Origin: Squalus acanthias
Taxonomy: Eukaryota
Direction of reading: 5' to 3'
Assembly (NCBI GenBank): GCA_030390025.1
Contig: CM059432.1
Coordinates: forward strand, 143,594,001 to 143,658,000
Length of the DNA: 64,000 bases
The notes below the pieces were generated by a model. That model did not search any database. It saw only the letters and a program-made list of their open reading frames with translations, and was not told where the DNA came from. Positions 49,739 to 61,127 of the stretch are shown piece after piece; the stretch's first letter is position 1; every line of letters starts with the position of its first letter. A program made the position numbers and the translations under genes.

Positions 49739-50556
49739 GGGGGGAAAATTCGGTTGGTCAGCGCCTCCCATTAACGCCTCCAAAGGGCGCTAACGGGGCG
49801 CTAGGAAATTAGCGATTTTAACGCCGCTCGCAAAGCTGACCAGTCGTTTTGTGGCGGCGTTAAACACTGCCGCCACGATCTCCTGCGCCCTCAGATTGTG
49901 ACGTCAGTCGAGCGTGCAATGCCCCAGACCGGATATTGAGTCGCACCCCCTGCCTTAGCGCCTGCCGCTAGGAACGACAGGCAGAGGGGAACGCTTTCAG
50001 GTCGGGAAGGAGCTGGGGGAGCGCCAAATAAAGGCAGGCGCTTCCTGCCTTTTCTTGTCGGCAAAATTTTTGGTACACGCAGGTTGAGAGGGAGAGAGAC
50101 GTCTGGAAAGATTTAACGCTGTCCTAAGGAGTTTTGGCCCTCAGCACCACTTTTGAGGTTCCTAAGTGCCGAGCTCTTTCCCTGGGCCTATCCATTAGTG
50201 CTTCCAACACAATTGCTTTCGAGGTCTCTCCAGGCCGAGATTCAAGGCTGCTCTGAGCAGGGAGTGGCTGGCCAGCAAGATGGCCCCTCCCCTTTAAGAA
50301 CTGGATGGCGCCAGTCTGTCTGGCTTCCATGGTAACTGGCATCGCCTGAGCTTCGGTAGCGTTCTGAGGTAGCGCCTCACTCCCTGACATTTGCACCTTA
50401 AGAGAGGTGTGTAGAGCCTGATTTAGCGCTCAAATCACCTCCAGGGGGCGATAGAGGCGAATTTTGCAGTCGGAGGCGATAATTAGCGCCGGGCTCTAAA
50501 CTTTGCACCCGGCCAATATTAGCGCCCCAAAATGGGCGATACCCAATTTTTCCCCC
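49739..50556. mobile_element. Non-autonomous Harbinger-like DNA transposon, copy 3, inside CR1
   Basis: TIR ggggggaaaatt / aatttttccccc; TSD AAG; CR1 endonuclease region (IPGYK|VFRKDR) rejoins across it. Confidence 0.82.
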
Positions 50557-50810
50557 AAGGTGTTCAGGAAAGATAGGGAAGGAAAGAAAGGAGGTGGGGT
50601 GGCAGTATCGATTAAGGAGAATATTACATGTCTGGAGAGAGAGGATGTCCTGGAAGGGTCAAGGACAGAATCTATTTGGTTAGAGTTAAGAAACAATAGA
50701 GGTGCCATTACACTACTAGGTGTATTCTATAGGCCACCAACTAGTGGGAGGGATATAGAGAAGCATATTTGCAGGGAAATTACAAAGTGGTGCAAGAACT
50801 ATAGAGTAAT

Positions 50811-51529
50811 TCTTGCACCACTGAAATGAGCTTCCGACCACACATCCGCAGCATAACTAAGACCGCCTACTTCCACCTCCGTAACATCACCCGTCTCCGG
50901 CCTTGCCTCAGCTCATCTGCTGCTGAAACCCTCATCCATGCCTTTGTTACCTCTAGACTTGACTATTCCAATGCACTCCTGGCTGGCCTCCCACATTCCA
51001 CCCTACGTAAACTTGAGGTCATCCAAAACTCGGCTGCCCGTGTCCTAACCGCACCAAGTCCCGTTCGCCCATCTCCCCTGTGCTCACTGACCTACATTGG
51101 CTCCCAGTTAAGCAGCGCCTCGATTTCAAAATTCTCATCCTTGTTTTCAAATCCCTCCATGGCCTCGCCCCTCCTATCTCTGTAATCTCCTTCAGCCCCA
51201 CAACCCCCCGAGATATCTGCGCTCCTCTAATTCTGCCCTCTTGAGCATCCCTGATTATAATCGCTCAACCTTGGTGGCCGTGCCTTCTGTTGCCTAGGCC
51301 CTAAGCTCTGGAATTCCCTGCCTAAACCTCTCCGCCTCGCTACCTCTCTTTCCTCCTTTAAGACGCTCCTTAAAACCTACCTCATTGACCAAGCTTTTGG
51401 TCACCTGCCCTAATTTATCCTTATGTGGATCGGTGTCAAATTTTTTGTCTTACAATACTCCTGTGCAGCGCCTTGGGACGTTTTACTAAATTAAAGGCGC
51501 TATATAAATACAACTGTTGTTGTTGTTGT
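50811..51529 (+). mobile_element. L2-like 3' fragment inserted in CR1
   Basis: LIHAFVTSRLDYSNALLAGLP..QNSAARVL; (gtt)n tail. Confidence 0.87.
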
Positions 51530-53378
51530 AGTGATAATGGGGGACTTCAACTATCCAAATATAGACAGGGATAGTAATAGTGTAAAGGGCAGAGAGGGGG
51601 AAGAATTTCTGACGTGTGTTCAGGAGAACTTTCTTGATCAGTACATTTTCAGCCCAACGAGGAAGGAGACATTGCTAGATCTTGTTCTGGGAAATGAGGT
51701 GGGTCAAGTAGAGCAAGTGTCAGTAGGATAACATTTAGGGAACAGTGATCAGAGTATCATAAGGTTTAGATTAGCTATGGAAAAGGACAGGGAGCAATCT
51801 AGAGTAAAAATACTTAATTGGAGGAAGGCCAATTTCAGTGAGTTGAGAATGGATCTGGCCCGGATAAATTGGAATCAAAGATTGGCAGGCAAAACTGTAA
51901 TGGAACAATGGGCTGCCTTTAAAGAGGAGATGGTTCAGGTACATTTGAGGTACATTCCCACGAGGGGGAAAGGCTTGGGCAACCAAAGCCAGAGTTCCCT
52001 GGATGATGGAAGAGATAGAGAGTAAGATGAAGCAGAAAAAGGGGGCGTATGACAGATGTCAGGTTGAGAATACAAGTGAGAACTAGGCTGAATATAGAAA
52101 GTTCAGAGGGGAAGTGAAAAAGGAAAAATGAGGGGCAAAGAGAGAGTATGAGAATAGACTGGCAGCTAACATAAAAAGGAATCCAAAAGTCTTCTATAGG
52201 CATATAAATAGTAAACCGGTAGTAAGAGGAGGGGTGGGTCCGATTAGGGACCAAAAAGGAGACCTGCGCATGGAGGCAAAGGGCATGGCTGAGGTACTAA
52301 ATGAGTACTTTGCATCTGTTTTTACCAAGGAAGAAGATGCTGCCAAAGTCATAGTGAAAGAGGAGGTAGTTGAGATACTAGATGGGATAAAATTGATAAA
52401 GAGGAGGTACTAGAAAGGCTGTCTGTACTTAAAGTAGATAAGCCACCAGGACCTAATGGGATGCATCCTAGGATGCTGAGGGAAATAAAGGTGGAAATTG
52501 CAGAGGTACTGGCCATAATCTTCCAATCCTCCTTAGATATGGGGGTGGTGCCACAGGACTAGAGAATTGCAAATGTTACACCCTTGTTCAAAAAAGGGTG
52601 TAAGGATAAACCCAGCAACTACAGGCCAGTCAGCTTAACCTCGGTGGTGGGGAAGCTTTTAGAAACGATAATCCGGGACAAAATTAACAGTCATTTGGAC
52701 AAGTGTGGATTAATTAAGGAAAGCCAGCACGGATTTGTTAAAGGCAAATCGTGTTTAACTAACTTGATTGAGTTTTTTGATGAGGTAACAGAGAGGGTTG
52801 ATGTGGGCAATACGGTTGATGTGGTGTACATGGGCTTCCAAAAGGCATTTGATAAAGTGCCACATAATAGGCTTGCCAGCAAAGTTGAAACCCATGGAAT
52901 AAAAGGGACAGCGGCAGCATGGATACGAAATTGGCTAAGCGACAGGAAACAGAGAGTAGTGGTGAACAGTTGTTTTTCGGATTGGAGGAAGGTTCCCCAG
53001 GGGTCGGGACTAGGTCCACTGTTTTTCTTGAAATATATTGTTGACTTGGATGTGGGTGTACAGGGCACAATTTCAAAATTTGCTGTTGACACAAATCTTG
53101 GAAGTATAGTGAACAGTGAGGAGGATAGTGATAGACTTCAAGAGGACATAGACAGGCTGGTGGAATGGGTGGACACGTGGCAGATGAAATTTAACGCAGA
53201 AAAGTGCGAAGTGATACATTTTGGTAGGAAGAACGAGGAGAGGCAATATAAACTAAAGGGTACAATCCTAAAGGGGGTGCATGAGAGCTGGGGGTATATG
53301 TGCACAAATCATTGAAGGTGGCAGGGCAGGTTGAGAAAGCGCTTAAAAAAGCTTACGGGATCCTGGGCTTTATAAATA

Positions 53379-53419
53379 AATCGGTTGGACTATAACCTGG
53401 TGTTGTGCGACTTCTCATT
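53379..53419 (+). mobile_element. 41-bp Penelope-like family A micro-insertion in CR1
   Basis: Matches about 58253-58294; flanked by duplicated tttataaata. Confidence 0.75.
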
Positions 53420-55517
53420 TTTATAAATAGAGGCATAGAGTACAAAAGCAAGGAAGTTATGATGAACCTGTATAAAACACTGGTTCGGCCTCAACTGGAG
53501 TATTGTGTCCAATTCTGGGCACCGCACTTTGGGAAGGATGTGAAGGCCTTAGAGAGGGTGCAAAAAAGATTTACAAGAATGATTCCAAGGATGAGGGACT
53601 TCAGTTACGTGGATAGGCTGGAGAGGCTGGGGTTGTTCTCCTTAGTGCAGAGAAATAAAGAAATATTTCATAATTCTCAACGAAAGTACATTCCATTGAG
53701 AAACAAAAACTCCACGGGTAAAGTGATCCAACCATGGCTAACTAAAGAAGTTAAGGATAGCATTAGATTGAAAGAAGAAGCTTATAATGTTGCAAAGAAT
53801 AATAGTAAGCCTGAGGATTGGAAGAATTTCAGAAACCAGCAAAGGTTGACCAAAAAATTGATAAAAAGGGAAAAAATAGAATATGAGAGAAAACTAGCAA
53901 GAAATATAAAAGCAGACTGTAAGAGTTTCTACAAGTATGTAAAAAGGAAAAGAGTAGCAAAAGTAAACATTGGTCCCTTAGAGGCTGAGACAGGAGAAAT
54001 TATTATGGGGAATAAGGAAATGGCAGAAACGTTAAACAAATATTTTGTATCTGTCTTCACAGTAGAAGACACAAAAAGCATACCAAACATGGTGGGGAAC
54101 CAAGGGTCTAATGAGGGTGAGGAACTTAACGTAATTAATATAAGTAGAGAAAAAGTACTAGAGAAACTAATGGGACTAAAGGCCGACAAATCCCCTGGAC
54201 CTGACGGACTACATCCTAGGGTTCTAAAAGAGGTGGCTGAAGAGATAGTGGATGCATTGGTTTTGATCTTCCAAAATTCCCTAGATTCTAGAATGGTCCC
54301 AGCGGATTGGAAGGTCGCAAATATAACCCTGCTATTCAAGAAAGGAGGGAGAAAAAAACAGGGAACTACAGGCCAGTTAGCCTGACATCAGTCATCGGGA
54401 AAATGCTGGAATCCATTGTTAAGGAAGTGGTATCAAGTCACTTAGAAAATCATAACATGATTAGACAGAGTCAGCATGGTTTTATGAAAGGGAAATCGTG
54501 TTTGACAAATTTATTAGAGTTTTTTGAGGATGTAACTAACAGGGTAGATAAAGGGGAACCAGTGGATGTAGTATATTTGGATTTCCAAAAGGTATTTGAT
54601 AAGGCGCCACATAAAAGGTTATTACACAAGATTAAGGCTCATTTGGTTGGGGGTAATATATTAGCATGGATAGAGGATTGGTTAACGGACAGATAGGGAT
54701 AAACGGATCTTTTTCAGGTTGGCAGGCTGTAACTAGTGGGGTGCCGCAAGGATCAGTGTTGGGGCCTCAGCTATTTACAATCTATATTAATGACCTAGAT
54801 GAAGGGACCGAATGTAATGTATCCAAGTTTTTTTTTAATTCGTTTATGGGATGTGGGCGTCGCTGGCAAGGCCAGCATTTATTGCCCATCCCTAATTGCC
54901 CTTGAGAAGGTGGTGGTGAGCCATCTTCTTGAACCGCTGCAGTCTGTGTGGTGAAGGTACTCCCACAGTGCTGTTAGGGAGGGAGTTCCAGGATTTTGAC
55001 CCAGCGATGATGAAGGATCGCCAATATACTTCTAAGTCAGGATGGTGTGTGACTTGGAGGGGAACTTGGAGGTGGTGGTGTTCCCATGCGCCTGCTGCCC
55101 TTGTCCTGTTTGCTGATGATACAAAGCTAGGTGGACAGTAAGCTGTGAGGAGAACACAAAGAGTCTGCAAAGGGATATAGATAGACTAAGTGAGTGGGCA
55201 GTAAAGTGGCAGGTGAAGTATAATGTAGGAAAATGTGAGGTTATTCACTTTGGTAGGAAGAATAGAAAAACAGGATATTTTTTAAATAGTGAGAAACTTT
55301 CAAATGTTGGTGTTCAGAGAGATTTGGGTGTCCTCGTGCAAGAAACACAGAAAGCTAGCATGCAGGTACAGCAAGCAATAAGGAAGGCAAATGACATGTT
55401 GACCTTTATTACAAGGGAGTTGGAGTATAAGAGTAAGGAAGTCTTGCTACAATTGTACAGGGCCTTGGTGAGACCACACCTGGAGCACTGTGCACAGTTT
55501 TGGTCTCCTTATCTAAG

Positions 55518-58331
55518 CACTCCTCAACCATCTCGTACACCAGCTCTACAGCAGACGTCGCAACCTCGAAACCAAGATAGAGTCCATGCTCTCAGCCTGT
55601 GCTCAGGACACAGCAGACCAGCTACGAGACACCGCCAAACAGACGAGGCAACGGAACTATGCTGCCTACATGCGCATCAAGAACAGGAAGCTTGAGAAAC
55701 TCGGCGTAACCACCAGCTACAACCAAGCCTCCCCCGGTACCACGGTTGCAACCACAGGGAAGTCCATCGTCAACCTGTCGGACCAGACCCTTCAACCAGA
55801 CGAAATCGAAGTTCTCGCCCGAGGGCTCAAGTTCTGCCCCACCACCAAAATGGACCCCATCGGTCTCGCGGCGGACACAGAGGAATTCATCAGGAGAATG
55901 AGGATCCGGGAATACTACCACAAATCCCAAGATGTCAGCAACATTCCTAATGGGACAATCAATGATCCGGAACAGCAGGCAGTGCTACAACCGAGGAAGA
56001 AAGAGTCAAATTGGACCCCTCCGGAGGGTCGCAACCCTAAGCTTGACATGTATGCTCAAGCTGTCAGGAAATGCATCAACGCCAGATTCATCAGCCGTAC
56101 TCACAAGACAGTCCAGAATGTCACCCGAGCACAACGCAACGCCATCCACGCACTCAAGACCAACCGCAACATCGTCATCAAACCAGCGGACAAAGGAGGA
56201 GCCATCGTCATACAGAACAGAATGGACTATTGCAAAGAAGCATACCGACAACTGGACAACCAGGAACACTACAGACAGCTACCTGCAGATCCGACCAAAG
56301 AACACACCCGCCAACTCAATAGACTGATCAAGACCTTCGATCCAGACCTTCAAAACATCCTACGCGCTCTCATCCCACGTACTCCCCGCGTAGGAGACTT
56401 TTACTGCCTCCCAAAGATACACAAAGCCAACACACCCGGACGTCCTATCGTATCAGGCAACGGAACCCTGTGTGAGAACCTATCTGGGTACGTCGAGGGC
56501 ATCCTGAAACCCATCGTACAGGGAACCCCCAGCTTCTGTCGCGACACTACAGACTTCTTGCAGAAACTCAGCACCCATGGACCAGTTGAACCAGGAACAC
56601 TCCTCGTCACAATGGACGTATCGGCACTCTACACCAATATCCCCCACAATGACGGCATCGCTGCGACAGCCTCAGTACTCAACACCAACAACAGCCAATC
56701 TCCAGACGCCATCCTACAACTCATCCGCTTCATCCTTGACCACAATGTCTTCACCTTCGACAACCATTTTTTTACCCAAACACACGGAACAGCCATGGGG
56801 ACCAAATTCGCACCCCAATATGCCAACATCTTCATGCACAAGTTCGAGCAAGACTTCTTCGCTGCACAGGACCTCCAACCAATGCTGTACACCAGATACA
56901 TCGACGACATCTTCTTCCTTTGGACCCACGGCGAAGGATCACTGAAAGGACTACACGATAGCATCAACAGGTTCCATCCCACCATCAAACTCACCATGGA
57001 CTACTCCTCAGAATCGGTTTCATTCTTGGACACACGAATCTCCATCAAAGACGGACGCCTCAGCACTTCACTCTACCGCAAGCCCACGGACAACCTCACG
57101 ATGCTCCACTTCTCCAGCTTCCACCCTAACCACGTTAAAGAAGCCATCCCCTATGGACAAGCCCTGCGAAACACAGGATCTGCTCAGACGAGGAGGAACG
57201 CGATGGACACCTACGGACACTGAAAGACGCCCTCGTAAGAACGGGATATGACGCTCGACTCGTCGATCGACAGTTCCGACGGGCCACAGCGAAAAACCGC
57301 ATAGACCTCCTCAGAAGACGAACACGGGACACAACCAACAGAGTACCCTACGTCGTCCAGTACTTCCCCGGAGCGGAAAAACTACGCCATGTTCTTCGCA
57401 GCCTTCAACATGTCATCGATGACGACGAACACCTTGCTAAGGCCATCCCCACGCCTCCACTACTCGCCTTCAAGCAACCGCCTAACCTCAAAAGTACCAT
57501 CGTTCGCAGCAGATTACCCATCTTTCAGGCGAACAGCAACCAAGACACCACACAACCCTGCCATGGCAACCTCTGCAAGACATGCCAAATCATGGACACA
57601 GATACCATCATCACACGTGAGGACACTACCCACCAGGTACACGGTACATACTCATGTGACTCGGCCAACGTTGTCTACCTGATACGTTGCAGTAAAGGAT
57701 GCTCCAGAGCATGGTACATCGGCGAGACCATGCAGACACTGAGACAACGTATGAACGGACACCGCGCAACAATCGCCAGGCAGGAGGGTTGCCTCCCAGT
57801 CGGGGAACACTTCAGCAGCCAGGGGCATTCAGCCTCGGATATGCGGGTAAGCGTTCTCCAAGGCGGCCTTCGAGATACACGACAGCGCAAAATCATAGAG
57901 CAGAAACTGATAGTCAAGTTCCGCACTCATGAGGATGGCCTCAATCGCGATATCGGGTTCATGTCACGATACAGAACGTGACTTGACATCATGGCCGGTC
58001 TTCCCAGGTGTTTTTTTTTTAAAAAGGCTAACACAAGAACCTACACAGATTGACAGGATATGCAGCCAGCAGGTGGTTTGACACGTTGGACCCCCTGGGA
58101 CACATCTCATTGTCTTGGCTATGCTCTTTGAGGTAGGGAAAGATTTGAATATATTTTGTCTGTGTTTAAATTGTGAATTCTGGGAGATTCTCTCACTGCT
58201 AAACTTACCTGACGAAGGAGCGAACTGCTCCGAAAGCTTGTAAAATTAAATAAATCTGTTGGACTATAACCTGGTGTTGTGCGACTTCTCATTTTTGTCC
58301 ACCCCAGTCCAACGCCGGCATCTCCACATCA
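55518..58331 (+). mobile_element. Penelope-like retroelement (Neptune-like), 5'-truncated, RT + GIY-YIG endonuclease, one frameshift
   Basis: RT motifs KPADKGG, LPKIHK..PGRPIVS, MDVSALYTNIP, GTAMG, YTRYIDDIF; Cys-rich linker CHGNLCKTC; VVYLIRC..WYIGET..R..H..E..GLN to stop at 57981; TSD tatctaag at 55510-55517 and 58332-58339 inside a CR1. Confidence 0.93.
58205..58243 (+). ncRNA. Minimal hammerhead ribozyme motif in the 3' UTR of the Penelope-like element
   Basis: ttac-CTGACGA-a-GGAGC/GCTCC-GAAA-gc-TT-gtaa. Confidence 0.75.
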
Positions 58332-59734
58332 TATCTAAGGAAGGATATACTTGCCTTGGAGGCGGTGCAACAAAGGTTCACTAGATTGATTCCTGGGATT
58401 CATATTGAATGGCGGAGCAGGGTCGAATGGCCTACTCCTGCTCCTATTTTTTGTTCTATGTTTCTATGAGAGGGCTGTCCTATGATGAGAGATTGTGTAG
58501 AATGGGCCTATACTCTCTGGAGTTTAGAAGAATGAGAGGTGATCTCATTAAAACATACAAGATTCTGAAGGGGATTGACAGGGTAGAAGCTGAGAGGTTG
58601 TTTCCCCTGGCTGGAGTGTCTAGAACTAGGGGGCATAGTCTCAGGATAAGGGGACTGCCATTTAAGACCGAGATGAGGAGGAATTTCTTCCCTGAGGGTT
58701 GTGAATCTTTGGAATTCTCTACCCCAAAGGGCTGTGGATGCTGAATTGTTGAGCATAATCAAGGCTGAGATCGATAGATTTTTGGACTCTAGGGGAATCA
58801 AAGGATATGGGGATCGGGCGGGAAAGTGGAGTTGAGGTCGACGATCAGCCATGATCTTATTGAATGGAGGAGCAGGCTCGAGGGGCCGAATGGCCGACTC
58901 CTGCTCCTAATTCTTATGTTCTTGGAAGGTTGAGAGGAGACTTGATAGAGGTGTTCAAAATCATGAGTGGTCGAGACAGAGTAGATAGAGAGAAACTGTT
59001 CCCATTGGCAGAAGGGTCGAAGGGAGACTTAATTGAGGTGTATAAAATTATGAGAGGCCTAGATACGAAGGATAGGAAGGACCTATTTCCCTTAGCAGAG
59101 AGGTCAATAACCAGGGGGCAAAGATTTAAAGTAATTGGTAGATGGATTAGAGGGGATTTGAGGAGAACCTTTTTCACCCAGAGGGTGGTGGGGGTCTGGA
59201 ACTCACTGCCTGAAAGGGTGGTAGAGTCAGAAACCCACATCGCATTTAAAATGTACTTGGATATGCACTTGAAGTGCCGTAACCTACAGGGCTACGGACC
59301 AAGAGCTGGAAAGTGGGATTAGGCTGTATAGCTCTTTTTCGGCGGCACAGACACGATGGGCCGAATGGCTTCCTTCTGTGCCATAAATTTCTACGATTCT
59401 ATGTTGATTTTGATATCCCTTGCAAGTTTCTTTTCATACTCCCTTTTTGTAGCTCTTACTATCTGCTTTGTCACCTTTTGCTGTTCTTTGTACCTCTCCT
59501 ATTCGCCAGCTAGCTTTTGCATTTGTGTACACTTTTTTATCTTTTAGTTTTATGGTGTCTCTTACCTCTTTAGTCCATGGCTGGGTTTTTTTCTCAAGTA
59601 GAGCTCTTGCCCCTTTGGTGTATCGACTGGTTCTGTATCACATTAAATTCTTTTTTGAACACCTCCTTCTGTCATTTTACCCATTAACATATTTGCCCAG
59701 TTTACTGTGGACAGTCTCTGTCTCATCCCATTGA

Positions 59735-59890
59735 TATATATGCTCTGCCGATTCGTATTCCTTCACTTCACCTGACGAAGGAGCAGCCGCTCCGAAAGCT
59801 TGTGATTTCAAATAAAACTGTTGGACTGTAACCTGGTGTTGTGCGACTTCTCACTTTTGTCCACCCCAGTCCAACACCGGCATCTCCGCA
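59735..59890 (+). mobile_element. Penelope-like family A 3' fragment
   Basis: Homologous to 58205-58331; TSD tcatcccattga at 59723-59734 and 59891-59902. Confidence 0.85.
59768..59805 (+). ncRNA. Minimal hammerhead ribozyme motif, family A
   Basis: tcac-CTGACGA-a-GGAGC/GCTCC-GAAA-gc-TT-gtga. Confidence 0.73.
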
Positions 59891-61010
59891 TCATCCCATT
59901 GAAGTCGACCTTACCTAAATCTAGCATCTTTTGTTAACCTGTCCTGCCACTTTCAAAGATTTGTGCACCAACACCCCCAGGTCTCTCTGTTCTTGTACCC
60001 CCTTTAATATTGTACCATTTAGCTTGTATTGTCTCTCCTCATTCTTCCTACCAAAATGTAAGACCTCACATTTTTCTGCGTTGAATTTCATCTGACACGT
60101 GTCCGCCCATTCCACCAGCCTGTCTTTGTCCTCTTGAAGCCTATTACTATCTTCCTCACTGTTTACTGCACTTCCAAGTTTCGTGTCATCTACAAATTTC
60201 GAAATTGTGCCCTGTACCCGCAAGTCCAAGTCATTAATATATATCAAAAACAGCAGTGGTCCTAGTACAGAACCTTGGGGAATGACACTGTATACCTCTC
60301 TCCAGTCCAAAAAACAGCCATTCTCCACAACTCTCTGTTTTCTATCCCGTAGCCAAATTTGTATCCATGCTGCTCCTGCCCCTTTTATCCCATGGGCTTC
60401 AATTTTGCCAACAATCCTAATATGTGGTACTTTATCAAATGTGTTTTGAAAGTCTTTCTACACAACATCAACTGCACTGCCCTCATCCACCCTCTCTGTT
60501 ACCTCATCAAAAAACTCAATCAAGTTAGTCAAACATGATTTGCTTTTAAGAAATCCGTGCTGGCTCTTCTTTATTGGTCCATGCTTGTCCAAGTGGCTGT
60601 TATTGTTTCTAAGAGCTTCCCCACCACCAACGTTAAACTGACTGGCCTGTAATTGCCAGGTTTATCCTTCTCCCCTTTTTTGAACAAGGGTGTAACATTT
60701 GCAATCCTCCAGTCCTTTGGCAGCACCCCCTGTATCTAAGGAGGATTGGAAGGTTGTGGCCACCACCTCCGCAGTTTCTACCCTTACTTCCCTCAGCAAC
60801 CTTGGATGCAGCCCATCCGGACTGGGTGACTCATCCACTTAAGTACTGCCAGCCTTTCTACTACCTCCTCTTTATCGATTTTTATCCCATCCAGTATCAC
60901 GGCAACCTCCTCGCTCACCACAGCTTTGGCAAAGTCCTCTTCCTTTGTAAGCACCGATGCAATGTACCTGTGTAGCCTGTGATTAATCCATGTTCTGTTT
61001 CATTGACCAG

Positions 61011-61127
61011 AGGGTAGGAGTGGAATATGCTGGCCGACCTTTGCCTCCACTACCAACTCGGCGCCTTTGCATTCGCACGCTAGTTTGAACAATTACCCTG
61101 CAATTAGTGGACTAATGACCGTGCAGA
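61011..61127 (+). CDS. PKHD1L1: PKHD1L1 exon 23
   Basis: cag|AG..CAGA|gtaagt; GRSGICWPTFASTTNSAP...AISGLMTVQ (absent from the ORF track). Confidence 0.92.

Larger units (their letters stand above)
49400..59020 (+). mobile_element. Long CR1 (49400-53655, resuming 58926-59020) with nested MITE, L2, second CR1 (53656-58924) and Penelope-like element
   Basis: APE and RT motifs in order; host sequence rejoins at ...gcagagaa|ggttgagaggagac. Confidence 0.82.
59021..60960. mobile_element. CR1 3' end (+, to about 59400) followed by minus-strand CR1 RT fragments
   Basis: [28 protein letters not shown] on the minus strand. Confidence 0.8.

Noticed and set aside
53405..54385. 326-aa ORF resembling one LINE protein
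   Set aside because: Chance in-frame fusion of two nested CR1 copies with domains in the wrong order
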